Positions 48,459 through 58,348 of a stretch of DNA of 64,000 nt are shown piece by piece. Under the pieces are notes generated by a model. That model was not told where the DNA came from and ran no database searches. It was given only the letters and a program-made list of their open reading frames with translations. This DNA comes from an uncultured Fibrobacteraceae bacterium (GTDB lineage Bacteria > Krumholzibacteriota > Krumholzibacteriia > LZORAL124-64-63), in contig CAYLIV010000012.1 in assembly GCA_964384055.1 (NCBI GenBank), positions 1,635 through 65,634 on the forward strand, read 5' to 3'. The position numbers and the translations under genes are program-made. Positions within the stretch are counted from its first letter, which is position 1; each line of letters starts with the position of its first letter.

Positions 48459-48691
48459 CGGCCGGCAAGCGATAGACGAGCCGCCACGCGTACGACCGAC
48501 GTTAAAAACTTCCCGCAACGACCGACGAATGTGATAGAGTTATGGGGCGAAATACGAGTAATTACCTTGTTGATTGGCACGTGTCACCGCCAGGTTGTCC
48601 GATGCGGTACACCCGAATACGGGTGCTCCGGACCGGGGAGCGGATGGGCGCGCCGTGCCAGCGTGTCCGCCTTGGTGGAGAGGATGGGATC

Positions 48692-49321
48692 ATGTCGCAC
48701 AAGATCCTCATGGTATGTGTTGCTGTCGCGAGTCTGCTGGTGTTCGCACCAGCCTGGGCCCAGGTCATCAACGAGATACTTGCCGATCCCGATGCAGTGA
48801 ACGGCGACGCGAACGGTGATGGTGTCGTCGACGTTGTGGAGGACGAGTTCGTGGAGATCGTCAACGCCACCGGCGACGCACTGAATATCGGTGGCTGGAC
48901 ACTCGCTGACGGCTTCGAACTGCGCCACACCTTCCCGGCCGGCACGGTGGTGCTGGACAACTGCTCGATCATCGTTTTCGGCGGCGGTACGCCGACGGGC
49001 GATTTCGGCGATGCGGAAGCGCAGGTCGCGTCGACCGGCAGCCTGGGACTGAACAATACCGGCGATACGGTGACCCTGAACGACGGCGCATTCGATGTGG
49101 CGAGCTACACCTACGATGTCGAGGGCGGCGATAACCAGTCGCTGACCCGTGATCCCGACATCACCGGTGGCGAACCCCTCGTCAAGCACAGCGAAGCCGC
49201 CGGATCCGGCGGTACGCTCTTCTCCGCCGGCGTCATGGTTGACGGTAGTCCCTTTGTCGGCTGCGGCGAAGTGACCGCCATGCCCATCGAGTGGGCGGCC
49301 CTGAAAGTTCATTTCCGCTGA
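48692..49321 (+). CDS. Secreted lamin-tail-domain (LTD) protein with short C-terminal WxxxKxxFR motif
   Basis: Signal peptide AWA-Q; VINEILADP, DEFVEIVN, IGGWTL.D, LNNTGDTVTL. Confidence 0.8.
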   Translation: MSHKILMVCVAVASLLVFAPAWAQVINEILADPDAVNGDANGDGVVDVVEDEFVEIVNATGDALNIGGWTLADGFELRHTFPAGTVVLDNCSIIVFGGGTPTGDFGDAEAQVASTGSLGLNNTGDTVTLNDGAFDVASYTYDVEGGDNQSLTRDPDITGGEPLVKHSEAAGSGGTLFSAGVMVDGSPFVGCGEVTAMPIEWAALKVHFR

Positions 49322-49327
49322 TCGGGG

Positions 49328-52300
49328 TCAATGACCCCGGTCTTCGGGATAACCGCCGATGGTCGGCCAGGCGACCGGTTCCTGCTCGATCTTCTCCAGC
49401 AGATATTCCACCGCCTTTTCGATCTGCGCGTCCCGGCCGTCGATCACCTCGTGGGGCAACTCGTCCACGTCGATGTCGGGATCGACACCATGATTCTCGA
49501 CCGTCCACTCGCCGTCCTTGGTGAAGACGCCGAAGGTGGGTATGGTCACGTTACCGCCGTCGAGCAACTGGATGTAGTGCCGATAGCCGATCAGCCCGCC
49601 CCAGGTCCGTGTGCCGATCACCGGTCCCAGCTCCCAGATCTGGAAGTAGTACGGCAGCGCGTCGCCGCCGCTGCCCGCATAGTGGTTGCTGAGCATGGCC
49701 AGGTGCCCGGCAAAGGCGGTGCCGGGGGTGTGGGCTTCGCGGCCGTAGCGGCTCTTCCAGCCGTGCGCGATCTTCTGACCCATGACGGTCATCATGAAAT
49801 CGGGCACCCAGCCGCCGCCGTTGTAGCGCTCGTCGATGATCAGGCCTTCCTTGCGCAGATTCGGATAGTAACCCTTGGCGAAGGCCTGCATCCCGCCGAT
49901 GGCGGTGTTGGGCAGGTGCAGATAGCCGATCCGCCCGTCCGAAAGCCGCGCCACGCGCCGGCGGTTGTTCTGTACCCATGCCTCGTAGCGCAAACCCGCT
50001 TCCGAACCGATGGGTTCGACGGTCACCTCGCGTGATTCTTCACCGTCGGCGTCGGGGCCGACGGTCAGGACCACCTGCTGACCGACCTTGTTCTCGAGCA
50101 GGCTGAGCGGGTTCATGGGCGCCACGAGCTGCACGCCGTCCACCGCCAGCAGGTAGTCGCCCTCGCTGACGTCGATGCCCGGCCCGAACAGTGGTGTCGT
50201 CTGGTCCCGGTTCCAGTCGCGCTCGGCGAGAATGGCGGCGATCCGGTAGCGATCATCGCCGTCCTCGAGGGCGAAATCACAGCCGAGCAAACCGGTACGC
50301 ACGCGCGCCGCGGACGGTCGCTCGCCCGGGCGGACGTAGGCGTGGCCGGCGTTCAGCTCGCCGAGCAGTTCGCCCAGCAGGTAGCTGAAGTCGGCGCCAT
50401 GCGCGACGTAGGGCAGGAGCTGGGCGTACCGCTTGTACATCTTATCCCAGTCGACCTGGTGCATGTTGGGATCGTAGAAATAGTCCCGCTCGAGACGCCA
50501 GGCGTCGCGGAACATCTGCCTCCACTCGGCGCGCGGATCGATCTTGACCTGCATCTCGCCGGTGCGCAGCGGCTCGCTGGCCGGCTTCTGGTCGGCGGCA
50601 GCGTCGACGATGCCCCAGCTGCCGTTGCTCGTATAGAGGAACTTCTTACCGTCGGCCGACTGGGCAAAGCCGTTGATGCCGGACATGACGGTGCTCTCTT
50701 CGCGCTCCTCCAGATCGAACATCATGATCGACATTCCGCCGTCCTCGCGACTGCCGCCGAGTGTGCGGTTCACGCTGCCGTAGAAGAGCGTGCCGTCGGC
50801 GAAACGGAGGTTGACGTACGCGCCCGGCGGCAGGTCCAGGGCCACGGTGCGCTCGAAAATGCCCTCGACGTCGATGACCAGGGGCTCCGGTTCGTCGTCG
50901 CTCTCCTCGTCGTCCTCAGCGTCTTCGTCATCCTCGCCCTCTTCGCCATCGTCGCCATCGTCGTCAGCGTCGTCGCCGTCTTCGTCGCCGCCTTTATCGT
51001 CGGCGTCGTCCTCGTCACCTTGGCCGTCGATTTCCACCTCGTCGCTCTCGAAGGGGAAGGGGTTCTCCACGTCGGCGCGCAGGGTCAGCAGGTAAATGCC
51101 CTCGCCGTTGGCGTAGGTCGGCTTGATATCGTAGCCGCCGATGGTGGGATTGAAATGGCGATCGGAGGTGAAGAAAAGGTACTTGCCGTCGCTATCGAAG
51201 CAGGGATCGTCGTCGTCGGTGGCCTCGCTGGTCACCTGGTGGGATTCATCGGCGTCGACGTCGTACAGGTGAATGTTGCCGAAGCCGTTCTCGCCGGCCA
51301 TGGCGTAGGCTACCCAGCGGCTGTCGGCGCTCCAGGCGTAGTCTCTGATGGCAGCGATGGGGCTCTCGTCGATCCTGGTCACCTTGCCGCCGTCGATCTC
51401 GACGAGAAACAGCCGGAAGGCGGCGTCGCTGTACAGCAGATACTTGCTGTCGGGCGACCAGGCCAGGCCGATGCGAAAAACGTCGGCGTCGTCGGTTAAC
51501 CGTTTCACCTCGCCCTTGCCGTCGCTCGGGTGGAGGTAGATGTCGTACTCACCGTCGCGGTCGCTGAAGCAGGCGATCCACTTGCCGTCGGGCGACCAGG
51601 CGGGATTGCGTTCGTTGCTGCTGGATGAGCTGGTCAGTGCCCGGACCGCTCCTTTCTCGGCCGGCAGGCTGAACAGGTCGCCGCGCGCCGACATCACGAC
51701 CCGCTTGCCGTCCGGGGCGATGTCGGCGTAGTTGATCCAGCGGCTGACGTCCTTGAACACCGGGCGCGTCAAGGCCAGGTCGCTGTGCAGGGTTACCTCG
51801 ATCTTGCGCGTCTTCTCGTCGGCCAGATCCAGCACGTACAGCCAGCCGCCGTTCTCGTAGACGATGGCCGCGTCGCCCAGGCTGGGGTACTTGACATCGT
51901 ATTGGTTGTGACGCGTTACCTGCCGATGCTCGCCGGTCGTCAGCTCGTAGGCCCAGATCTGTAGTCGACCGGTGCGGTCGCTCGTGTAATAGATCGTCTC
52001 ACCATGCCACATGGGGAAGTTATCCGTGCCGACCCAATCGGTCACCTTCTCGGTGTCGTTGGCGTCGAAATCGTAGATCCACAGATCCTGGGCCATGCCA
52101 CCCTTGTAGCGCTTCCAGGTCCGGTGCTCCCGGGTCATGCGGTTGTAGACGAGTTGCTTGCCGTCGGGTGAATAGCTCGACAGACCACCCTCGTGCAACG
52201 GCAGCGGCGCCGGCAAGCCGCCGGTCAGCGGCACGGTGTACAGCTGGGCGTCGTAGCGCGTGCGACTCCCGCGTTGCGTCTGGAAGCGTACGGCCTTGCC

Positions 52301-52681
52301 GTCCGGTTGCCAGTCGATGACCCGGTCTCTGCCGGGATGCCAGGTCAGGCGCCGCGGTTCGCCGCCGGTGGCGGTGATCACGTAGATGTCGTTGTTGCCG
52401 TCGTAGTTGCCGCTGAAGGCGATGTGCTTCCCGTCCGGACTGAATTTGGGTTCGGTCTGGAAGCCGAGGGAACTGGTCAGGCGTCGCGCCTCGCCGCCGC
52501 CGGCCGGCACGGTCCAGAGGTTGCCGGCGTAGGTGAAGACGATCCGATCGCCGTGGATGTCCGGATAGCGTAGCAAGCGCATGTCTTCGGGATCGAGGGG
52601 ATCGTACGCGTCCTTGGCCAAGGTCACGCCGGCCGCGAGGAACAGGAGCGGCAACAGGAACAGCAACAACAAGCGCTTCAT
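49328..52681 (-). CDS. Tricorn-like protease (peptidase S41) with signal peptide
   Basis: LLRYPDIHGD.IVF, PD40 repeats, GELNAGH, PDZ domain, IGYLHLP, IDERYNGGG, GSGGD, GTRTWGG, ENHGVDPD. Confidence 0.95.
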   Translation of the reverse strand: MKRLLLLFLLPLLFLAAGVTLAKDAYDPLDPEDMRLLRYPDIHGDRIVFTYAGNLWTVPAGGGEARRLTSSLGFQTEPKFSPDGKHIAFSGNYDGNNDIYVITATGGEPRRLTWHPGRDRVIDWQPDGKAVRFQTQRGSRTRYDAQLYTVPLTGGLPAPLPLHEGGLSSYSPDGKQLVYNRMTREHRTWKRYKGGMAQDLWIYDFDANDTEKVTDWVGTDNFPMWHGETIYYTSDRTGRLQIWAYELTTGEHRQVTRHNQYDVKYPSLGDAAIVYENGGWLYVLDLADEKTRKIEVTLHSDLALTRPVFKDVSRWINYADIAPDGKRVVMSARGDLFSLPAEKGAVRALTSSSSSNERNPAWSPDGKWIACFSDRDGEYDIYLHPSDGKGEVKRLTDDADVFRIGLAWSPDSKYLLYSDAAFRLFLVEIDGGKVTRIDESPIAAIRDYAWSADSRWVAYAMAGENGFGNIHLYDVDADESHQVTSEATDDDDPCFDSDGKYLFFTSDRHFNPTIGGYDIKPTYANGEGIYLLTLRADVENPFPFESDEVEIDGQGDEDDADDKGGDEDGDDADDDGDDGEEGEDDEDAEDDEESDDEPEPLVIDVEGIFERTVALDLPPGAYVNLRFADGTLFYGSVNRTLGGSREDGGMSIMMFDLEEREESTVMSGINGFAQSADGKKFLYTSNGSWGIVDAAADQKPASEPLRTGEMQVKIDPRAEWRQMFRDAWRLERDYFYDPNMHQVDWDKMYKRYAQLLPYVAHGADFSYLLGELLGELNAGHAYVRPGERPSAARVRTGLLGCDFALEDGDDRYRIAAILAERDWNRDQTTPLFGPGIDVSEGDYLLAVDGVQLVAPMNPLSLLENKVGQQVVLTVGPDADGEESREVTVEPIGSEAGLRYEAWVQNNRRRVARLSDGRIGYLHLPNTAIGGMQAFAKGYYPNLRKEGLIIDERYNGGGWVPDFMMTVMGQKIAHGWKSRYGREAHTPGTAFAGHLAMLSNHYAGSGGDALPYYFQIWELGPVIGTRTWGGLIGYRHYIQLLDGGNVTIPTFGVFTKDGEWTVENHGVDPDIDVDELPHEVIDGRDAQIEKAVEYLLEKIEQEPVAWPTIGGYPEDRGH

Positions 52682-52774
52682 GGCGGTCCTCCGGAAAAAG
52701 CGATATGTACGTGCGCGAACTGAGCGACGAGTGAGGCGAGCTTGTGTACGGTACAGGCGAGACGAGGTTGCACG

Positions 52775-54181
52775 CTATCGCGCGGTCGGCGGCGCCGTCG
52801 ATTTTCGGGTCGGTACGGCCGGCTCGACCGCCTGGCGCAGATAGATTCGCGAGCGCCACCACAGCAACGCCAGACAGAGTAGACCGCCCAGAGCGTCCGC
52901 GCCGGCCAGGCCGTACCAGCCGCCGGCCAGACCGCCCAGCCGGATGCCAAGATACACGCCCAGCGGACCCAGAACCACCCTCAGCAGGATGTTCGGCACC
53001 ATGCCCGCCGGTCCCTGTCCTCGCGCCTGGAACCAGAACGCGGTGATAACCACGACACCGAGCAGAGGCCGGGCCAGCGTCACCCAGCGCGCCAGCGGCA
53101 GGCCGGCCGCGATCACCGCCTGATCGTCGGTGAACAACGACAGTGCCCAGCGCGGAAAAAGCGCCACCGGCGCGGCCAGGACAACAAGCATCGCCGTGGA
53201 GAATACCAGCGCCGTCCGGGTTATTTCCTGCACGCGCCGTCGCGAGCCCGCTCCGTGGTTCTGTCCCACCATGATCATCATGCTCAGCGAGATGCCCATG
53301 CTCGGCAGCAACACGAAACTCAAAAGGCGAATGCCCGCACCGAAGGCTGCCAGCGCATCGGTGCCGAAGGGAATCAGCATCCGGTTGATGAGATAGACGT
53401 ACAGGGGCATGGAGAGATTCGCGAGCGCCGCCGGTCCGGCCACCATGCCGAAATCGCGCAGCAACGCGGGATCGAAACGCCAGGCCGAGCGATCGAAACG
53501 CACCTGACGCGCCGGATTGAACAGCTCCTTGCACACCAGCGCCGCCGCCAGGCCGATGGCGAAAAGAGTCGTGACCGCCGCCCCGGCCACACCCAGCCGC
53601 GGGAAGGGACCGATACCGAAAATGAAGAAGGGATCGAGTACGATGTTCACGGCCAGGGCCGCCGCCATGACCTTGAAGGGGTACACGGTGTCGCCTTCAC
53701 CGCGGTAGAGGGCGTTGACGACCATGGCCAGCAGGGCGAAGAGGCTGCCCAGAAAGTAGATCGTGCCGTACCGGATACCTTGCTCGACAACCGCGGGCGC
53801 CGCCCCGCCACTGGTCAACACCGGCCGCAACAACAACATGCCGCCCGGCGTGGCGATCACCGCCAGCAGCACCACGCCCACCAGCACGTGCAAGACCAGG
53901 TTGCGCACACGCCTGTGCTCGCCTTGCCCGATCAGGCGCGAACACAGAGAAGTCGCCGCGGTGCCGCAGGCGCCGGCGAAGGTGTGGAGCAGAAAGGTGA
54001 CGGGGTAGGCAAGGCCGACGGCCGCCATCGCCTCCTTGCTGAAGCGTCCGAGATAAATCATGTCGACGATACCGAAGCCGGTGATCAGGAACATGGCCAG
54101 GATCATCGGCACGCTCAGGGTGCCGAGCGTCCTGGGGATGGGGCCGCTGAGGATGTTGTTGGCGCGCGTGTCCGTGGCTAC
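52775..54181 (-). CDS. MATE family efflux transporter (start codon uncertain)
   Basis: ILSGPI..TL..L..P, D..YLGR, RGEGDT..P, NIVLDP.FIFG, LGVAGAA, two-repeat topology. The first canonical start (GTG 54112) lies inside the conserved N-terminus. Confidence 0.88.
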   Translation of the reverse strand, partial: VATDTRANNILSGPIPRTLGTLSVPMILAMFLITGFGIVDMIYLGRFSKEAMAAVGLAYPVTFLLHTFAGACGTAATSLCSRLIGQGEHRRVRNLVLHVLVGVVLLAVIATPGGMLLLRPVLTSGGAAPAVVEQGIRYGTIYFLGSLFALLAMVVNALYRGEGDTVYPFKVMAAALAVNIVLDPFFIFGIGPFPRLGVAGAAVTTLFAIGLAAALVCKELFNPARQVRFDRSAWRFDPALLRDFGMVAGPAALANLSMPLYVYLINRMLIPFGTDALAAFGAGIRLLSFVLLPSMGISLSMMIMVGQNHGAGSRRRVQEITRTALVFSTAMLVVLAAPVALFPRWALSLFTDDQAVIAAGLPLARWVTLARPLLGVVVITAFWFQARGQGPAGMVPNILLRVVLGPLGVYLGIRLGGLAGGWYGLAGADALGGLLCLALLWWRSRIYLRQAVEPAVPTRKSTAPPTAR

Positions 54182-55686
54182 TCGCTTCCCGGATCGAGCA
54201 CGGATCCGTCACGCAGCGACGCGGGCGATTCCGCGATGGCGTAAATGAGCGCCGCGACGGCGGCGACGTTCCGGCGCATGATTTCCAGATCGATCTTGTC
54301 GAAGGTGTCGGCCGGGCTGTGGTGGTAATCGAAGTAGTCGGGATTGTCCATGCGATGGCCGATGCCGATGGCGCCGGCGTCGACGACCGGCCGGATATCC
54401 ACGCCCGACCAGCCGGGCTTGATCTCGTCGACTCCCAGCGGGGCGAGCGACTCGCCCAGCAGTCCGGTCAGCTGCGCGACCACCGTGTCGACCAGTGAAT
54501 CGGGCGCCGAGATCGAGAACCACCTGGGCGGGAAGCAACCCGAATCGCTCTCGAAGGCGGCGACGTGATCGTCCAGCTCATGGGCATGTGCGTCGTGATA
54601 GGCGCGGCCGCCATGGCCGCCGAATTCCTCGCCCGTGAAATGGACGAGCCGTACGGTCCGCCGCGGTCGCAGATCGAGTTGTTTCAGCAACTGGATGGCG
54701 CCGAAAGTGACGGCGCAACCGGCGCCGTCGTCGTGGGCGCAGGTACCCACGTCCCAGCTGTCGAGATGGCCGCCGATCACCACGATCTGTTCGGGTTGTT
54801 CGCGACCCTTCAGATCGCCGATCACGTTGTGGCACGTGATCTCGCCGCGATTCTCAGCGCCGAGCTGCAGGTGAACGCGAACGCGCTCGCCCCGACGGCA
54901 AAGCCGGAACAGCCGGGCGGCGTCTTCCACGGTCAACGCAGCGCCGGGAATGCGTGGCGCATCGTCCGCATAGCGCATCATGCCGGTGTGCGGAGTGCTG
55001 AGGCTCCGGTTCGTTACCGACCGGATCAAGCAGGCCACGGCACCATGGCGGGCGGCGGCGCTGGCGCCTGCGGTCCGGTAGCGTACCGTGCCGCCGTATC
55101 CCGTCCAAGGAGGATTGAACAGTACGATCTTGCCCGGCGCCTCGTCGGCGCGTGCCTCGAGCTCGTCGAAGTCGCGTACCGCGAGGACCTCGGCCTCGAT
55201 GCCGTCGGGGCCCGTGCCGTCGCTGAATCCCATCGCCAGCACCGGCATCTCGAAAACCCGTGGCGCCGTGCAACGAGCCGCTTCGTGGCCGCGGATCCAG
55301 TAGGGAACGGTCACCGGTTCGAGCCAGACACTGTCGAGACCCGCCTGGCGCATGGTGTGTGCCGACAGCTCGACCGCGGCTTGCATTCCCGGCGAGCCGG
55401 CGAGCCGGTGTCCGACCCGATCGCAGAGGGTTTGCAACCAGTCGTAGGCGAAGGTATCCTGCAGCGCCGCCGCGATGATCTGCTCGGTGGCGGCGGCGAT
55501 CGCCGGATAGCGGGAGGTCGGCGCGGCGGTGTCACTGCGCGTGCCGGTGCGGCCAGGAGCGGCGCAACCGGTGAGGCTCGCTGCCAGCAGGCCGTACCCC
55601 AGCGCGACAACCGCCCAACACGACAGAGAACGCCATCGTCCGGAACGGCCGGTCGGGCCACCTGTGCGAAGCTGTTGGTGCATCAT
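54178..55686 (-). CDS. M28 carboxypeptidase Q-like lipoprotein with PA domain
   Basis: Lipobox LTG-C; G.RL.GS, IGGHLDSWDVG..AHDDGAG, TGEE, ESDSG, YHHS.ADT.DK. Confidence 0.9.
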   Translation of the reverse strand: MMHQQLRTGGPTGRSGRWRSLSCWAVVALGYGLLAASLTGCAAPGRTGTRSDTAAPTSRYPAIAAATEQIIAAALQDTFAYDWLQTLCDRVGHRLAGSPGMQAAVELSAHTMRQAGLDSVWLEPVTVPYWIRGHEAARCTAPRVFEMPVLAMGFSDGTGPDGIEAEVLAVRDFDELEARADEAPGKIVLFNPPWTGYGGTVRYRTAGASAAARHGAVACLIRSVTNRSLSTPHTGMMRYADDAPRIPGAALTVEDAARLFRLCRRGERVRVHLQLGAENRGEITCHNVIGDLKGREQPEQIVVIGGHLDSWDVGTCAHDDGAGCAVTFGAIQLLKQLDLRPRRTVRLVHFTGEEFGGHGGRAYHDAHAHELDDHVAAFESDSGCFPPRWFSISAPDSLVDTVVAQLTGLLGESLAPLGVDEIKPGWSGVDIRPVVDAGAIGIGHRMDNPDYFDYHHSPADTFDKIDLEIMRRNVAAVAALIYAIAESPASLRDGSVLDPGSE

Positions 55687-55943
55687 GAACTCACTCCCCA
55701 AAACCACAAACGCAAACGCGATACCCGAGACGTCGCCCGCATCCCTCCGCGATCGAGGTGCGGGCGCCGATCCGCTGAACAATACTAGAATCCGCGCGCG
55801 ATGTCGCTACGGGAATCGCCACCGGATTCGCGTTGGGCTGGGCTGAGCTTATCTTGTTGTCGGTCGTTGGTTTTCCGTGACCCGGATTTCGATGCCGGCG
55901 CAGAATCGCCGCGTCGCGGCATGTCGACAGCACCTCATCCGGG

Positions 55944-56690
55944 ATGGTCGTGATGAAATATACTCCAGACATCTTCAACCGTGGCGGACTCCTGCTTGCA
56001 CTGTGCTGCATGATCGTGTTCGTCTGCGGCGAGGCGGTCATGGCGCGCGCGGAAGATCACGCAGCCGGCGATACGGGTGTGCGTACGCTCTATCTGATCC
56101 GCCACGGCGCGTATGACACCGCTGACCAGCGCGATCCCGACGTGGGCAAGGCCCTGATCCCGCTGGGCGTGGCGCAGGCGCGCCTGCTCGGCGCTCGTCT
56201 TCGTGCCCTGCCAACGCCGATTACCTCGCTGCACAGCAGCACCATGACCCGCGCCCACCAGACAGCCGCCGTCATCGGGGAAATGTTTCCCGAACTCGAG
56301 GTGCAGCAATCGCGGCAGCTGCGCGAGTGTCTCATGCCAACCTGGCGCGAGGACGTCATGCGCGACGAAGATCCGGACGAGGTAGCGGCCTGTCTTGCGC
56401 AGGTCGAGATGGCTTTCACGGAATATTTCCGTCCCGCCGGCCCGGAGGACGAGCACGACATCATCGTCTGCCACGGCAACGTGATCCGCTACTTCGTCAC
56501 TCGCGTGCTGCAGGTCGAGACGCGGAGCTGGCTGCAGATGACCATCGGCAATTGCAGTCTGACCGTGGTGCGGATATTTTCCGACGGGCGGATGAAGCTC
56601 GTGTCCTACGGGGACGTAGGGCATCTGCCGCCGAATCTGCAGACCTTCACCGGGCGCCGGCACGGGCGGCTGGTCGTTCCCGGGGAATAG
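55944..56690 (+). CDS. Histidine phosphatase family protein, PGAM5-like, with signal peptide
   Basis: LYLIRHG, SSTMTRA.QTA, LRE, IVCHGNVIRYFV, SYGDVGHLP. Confidence 0.85.
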   Translation: MVVMKYTPDIFNRGGLLLALCCMIVFVCGEAVMARAEDHAAGDTGVRTLYLIRHGAYDTADQRDPDVGKALIPLGVAQARLLGARLRALPTPITSLHSSTMTRAHQTAAVIGEMFPELEVQQSRQLRECLMPTWREDVMRDEDPDEVAACLAQVEMAFTEYFRPAGPEDEHDIIVCHGNVIRYFVTRVLQVETRSWLQMTIGNCSLTVVRIFSDGRMKLVSYGDVGHLPPNLQTFTGRRHGRLVVPGE

Positions 56691-56796
56691 ATCGGCGTGT
56701 CGATACGGGCGTACGGCGAGGGAACGAGTTGCCCCGGCGCAACTGGCCGCGGTCGTGAATCGCGCCCGGTCATCGCCTAACCTCGGCAGTACTGCA

Positions 56797-56830
56797 GAAA
56801 GAGAAAGCGCCCGCCGTGATCGGCGGGCGC
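56797..56830 (-). terminator. Rho-independent terminator downstream of rocD
   Basis: Perfect 10-bp stem GCGCCCGCCG-(4 nt)-CGGCGGGCGC followed on the minus strand by TTTCTCTTTC. Confidence 0.8.
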
Positions 56831-56864
56831 CTGGTACCGGAATCGTGCTGCCGCAGGCACGCGT

Positions 56865-58064
56865 CTAGCCCTCCAGCATCTTGAACACCTTCTCGACCCG
56901 CTTGAAGGCCATGTTCAGCTCCCGCTTGCCGATCACCAGCGGCGGCGCGAAGCGGATCACGTTCTCGTGGGTCTCCTTGCACAGCAGGCCCTGCTTCATC
57001 AGTTCCTCGCAGTAGGGCCTCGCCGGGCGGTCCAGGACCAGGCCGATGAACAGGCCCCGGCCGCGGACTTCCTTGATGCTCTTGTATTTCAGCGAGCGCA
57101 GCTTGTCCATGAACCACGGACCGAGGGTGGCCGATTTCTGGACGAGCTTCTCGTCGATCAGTACCTGCACCGCTTCGCGCGCCACCGCCATGCCCAGCGG
57201 ATTGCCGCCGAAGGTCGAGCCGTGGTCGCCGGGCTTGAATACGTCCATGATCTCGCGGTTGCTGAGGAAGGCCGACACGGGGTAGAAGCCGCCGCTGAGC
57301 GCCTTGCCGATGATCACACCGTCGGGCTTGATGCCTTCGTGTTCGTAGGCGAACAGCTTGCCCGTGCGGCCCAGTCCCGACTGGATCTCGTCACAGATCA
57401 ACAGCACCTGCTTCTTCTTGCACAGCGCCGCAGCTTTTTTCAGGAAACCGGCCGGCGGGATGTTGATGCCGGCTTCGCCCTGCACCGGCTCGACCAGGAA
57501 GGCACACGTGTTCCTGGTGATCGCCTTCTCGAGCGCCTTGTGGTCGCCGAAGGGGATGACCTTGAATCCGGGGGTGAAGGGGCCGAAGCCGTCCTTGTAC
57601 TGTGCCTCGGTGGAGAAGCCGACGATGGTGGTCGTGCGGCCGTGGAAGTTGTCGGCGCAGACGATGATCTCGGCCTTGTTCTTCTTGACGCCCTTGACCT
57701 TCTCGCCCCACTTGCGCGCGGCCTTGATGGCGGTCTCCACGGCCTCGGCGCCGGAGTTCATGGGCAGCACTTTCTCGTAACCAGTCAGCTCGCAGATCTC
57801 ACGGTTGAACAGCGGTAGCTGGTCGTTGCGGAAGGCGCGGCTCGTCAGCGTGACCTTGGCCGCCTGCTTGCGGAGGGCTTTGAGGATCCTCGGATGGCAA
57901 TGGCCCTGATTGACCGCGCTGTAGGCAGCCAGGAAGTCGATGAAGCGGTTGCCTTCGACATCCTCGACCCACACGCCTTCGGCCTTCTTGATCACGATGT
58001 CGAGCGGATGGTAGTTGTGAGCACCGTAGTGGTCTTCCATCTCGATGAATTCTGCGGTTTTCAT
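56865..58064 (-). CDS. rocD: Ornithine aminotransferase (PLP class III)
   Basis: GAHNYHPL, AYSAVNQGHCHP, MNSGAEAVETA, NFHGRT, EPVQGEAG, DEIQSGLGRTG, GKALSGGFYPVS, HGSTFGGNP. Confidence 0.96.
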   Translation of the reverse strand: MKTAEFIEMEDHYGAHNYHPLDIVIKKAEGVWVEDVEGNRFIDFLAAYSAVNQGHCHPRILKALRKQAAKVTLTSRAFRNDQLPLFNREICELTGYEKVLPMNSGAEAVETAIKAARKWGEKVKGVKKNKAEIIVCADNFHGRTTTIVGFSTEAQYKDGFGPFTPGFKVIPFGDHKALEKAITRNTCAFLVEPVQGEAGINIPPAGFLKKAAALCKKKQVLLICDEIQSGLGRTGKLFAYEHEGIKPDGVIIGKALSGGFYPVSAFLSNREIMDVFKPGDHGSTFGGNPLGMAVAREAVQVLIDEKLVQKSATLGPWFMDKLRSLKYKSIKEVRGRGLFIGLVLDRPARPYCEELMKQGLLCKETHENVIRFAPPLVIGKRELNMAFKRVEKVFKMLEG

Positions 58065-58348
58065 TCAGCCCTCCTTCTTCGTGGGGTTGGGCGCCGGCGC
58101 CGTCCGTGTCGGGTGCGGTCGCCGATCGCACGCTTCGAATTACTCATCTATCTGCCCAGCACAGGCAAGCGAAGGTCGCCGGAATCGCCGGCCCGGCAGG
58201 CCGACTGTCCAGACAACTTCCAGTAGAAGATAACCCCAGCCGCAGACAAGTTCCAGTTTCTCCCGTCGTTGTCTGCGCTCTCGACGGCGGTTGGTATCTA
58301 GCCCCGCTGACCCGCGCCGCCACAGGCCCTGAATTTTTTCTTTTTTCT

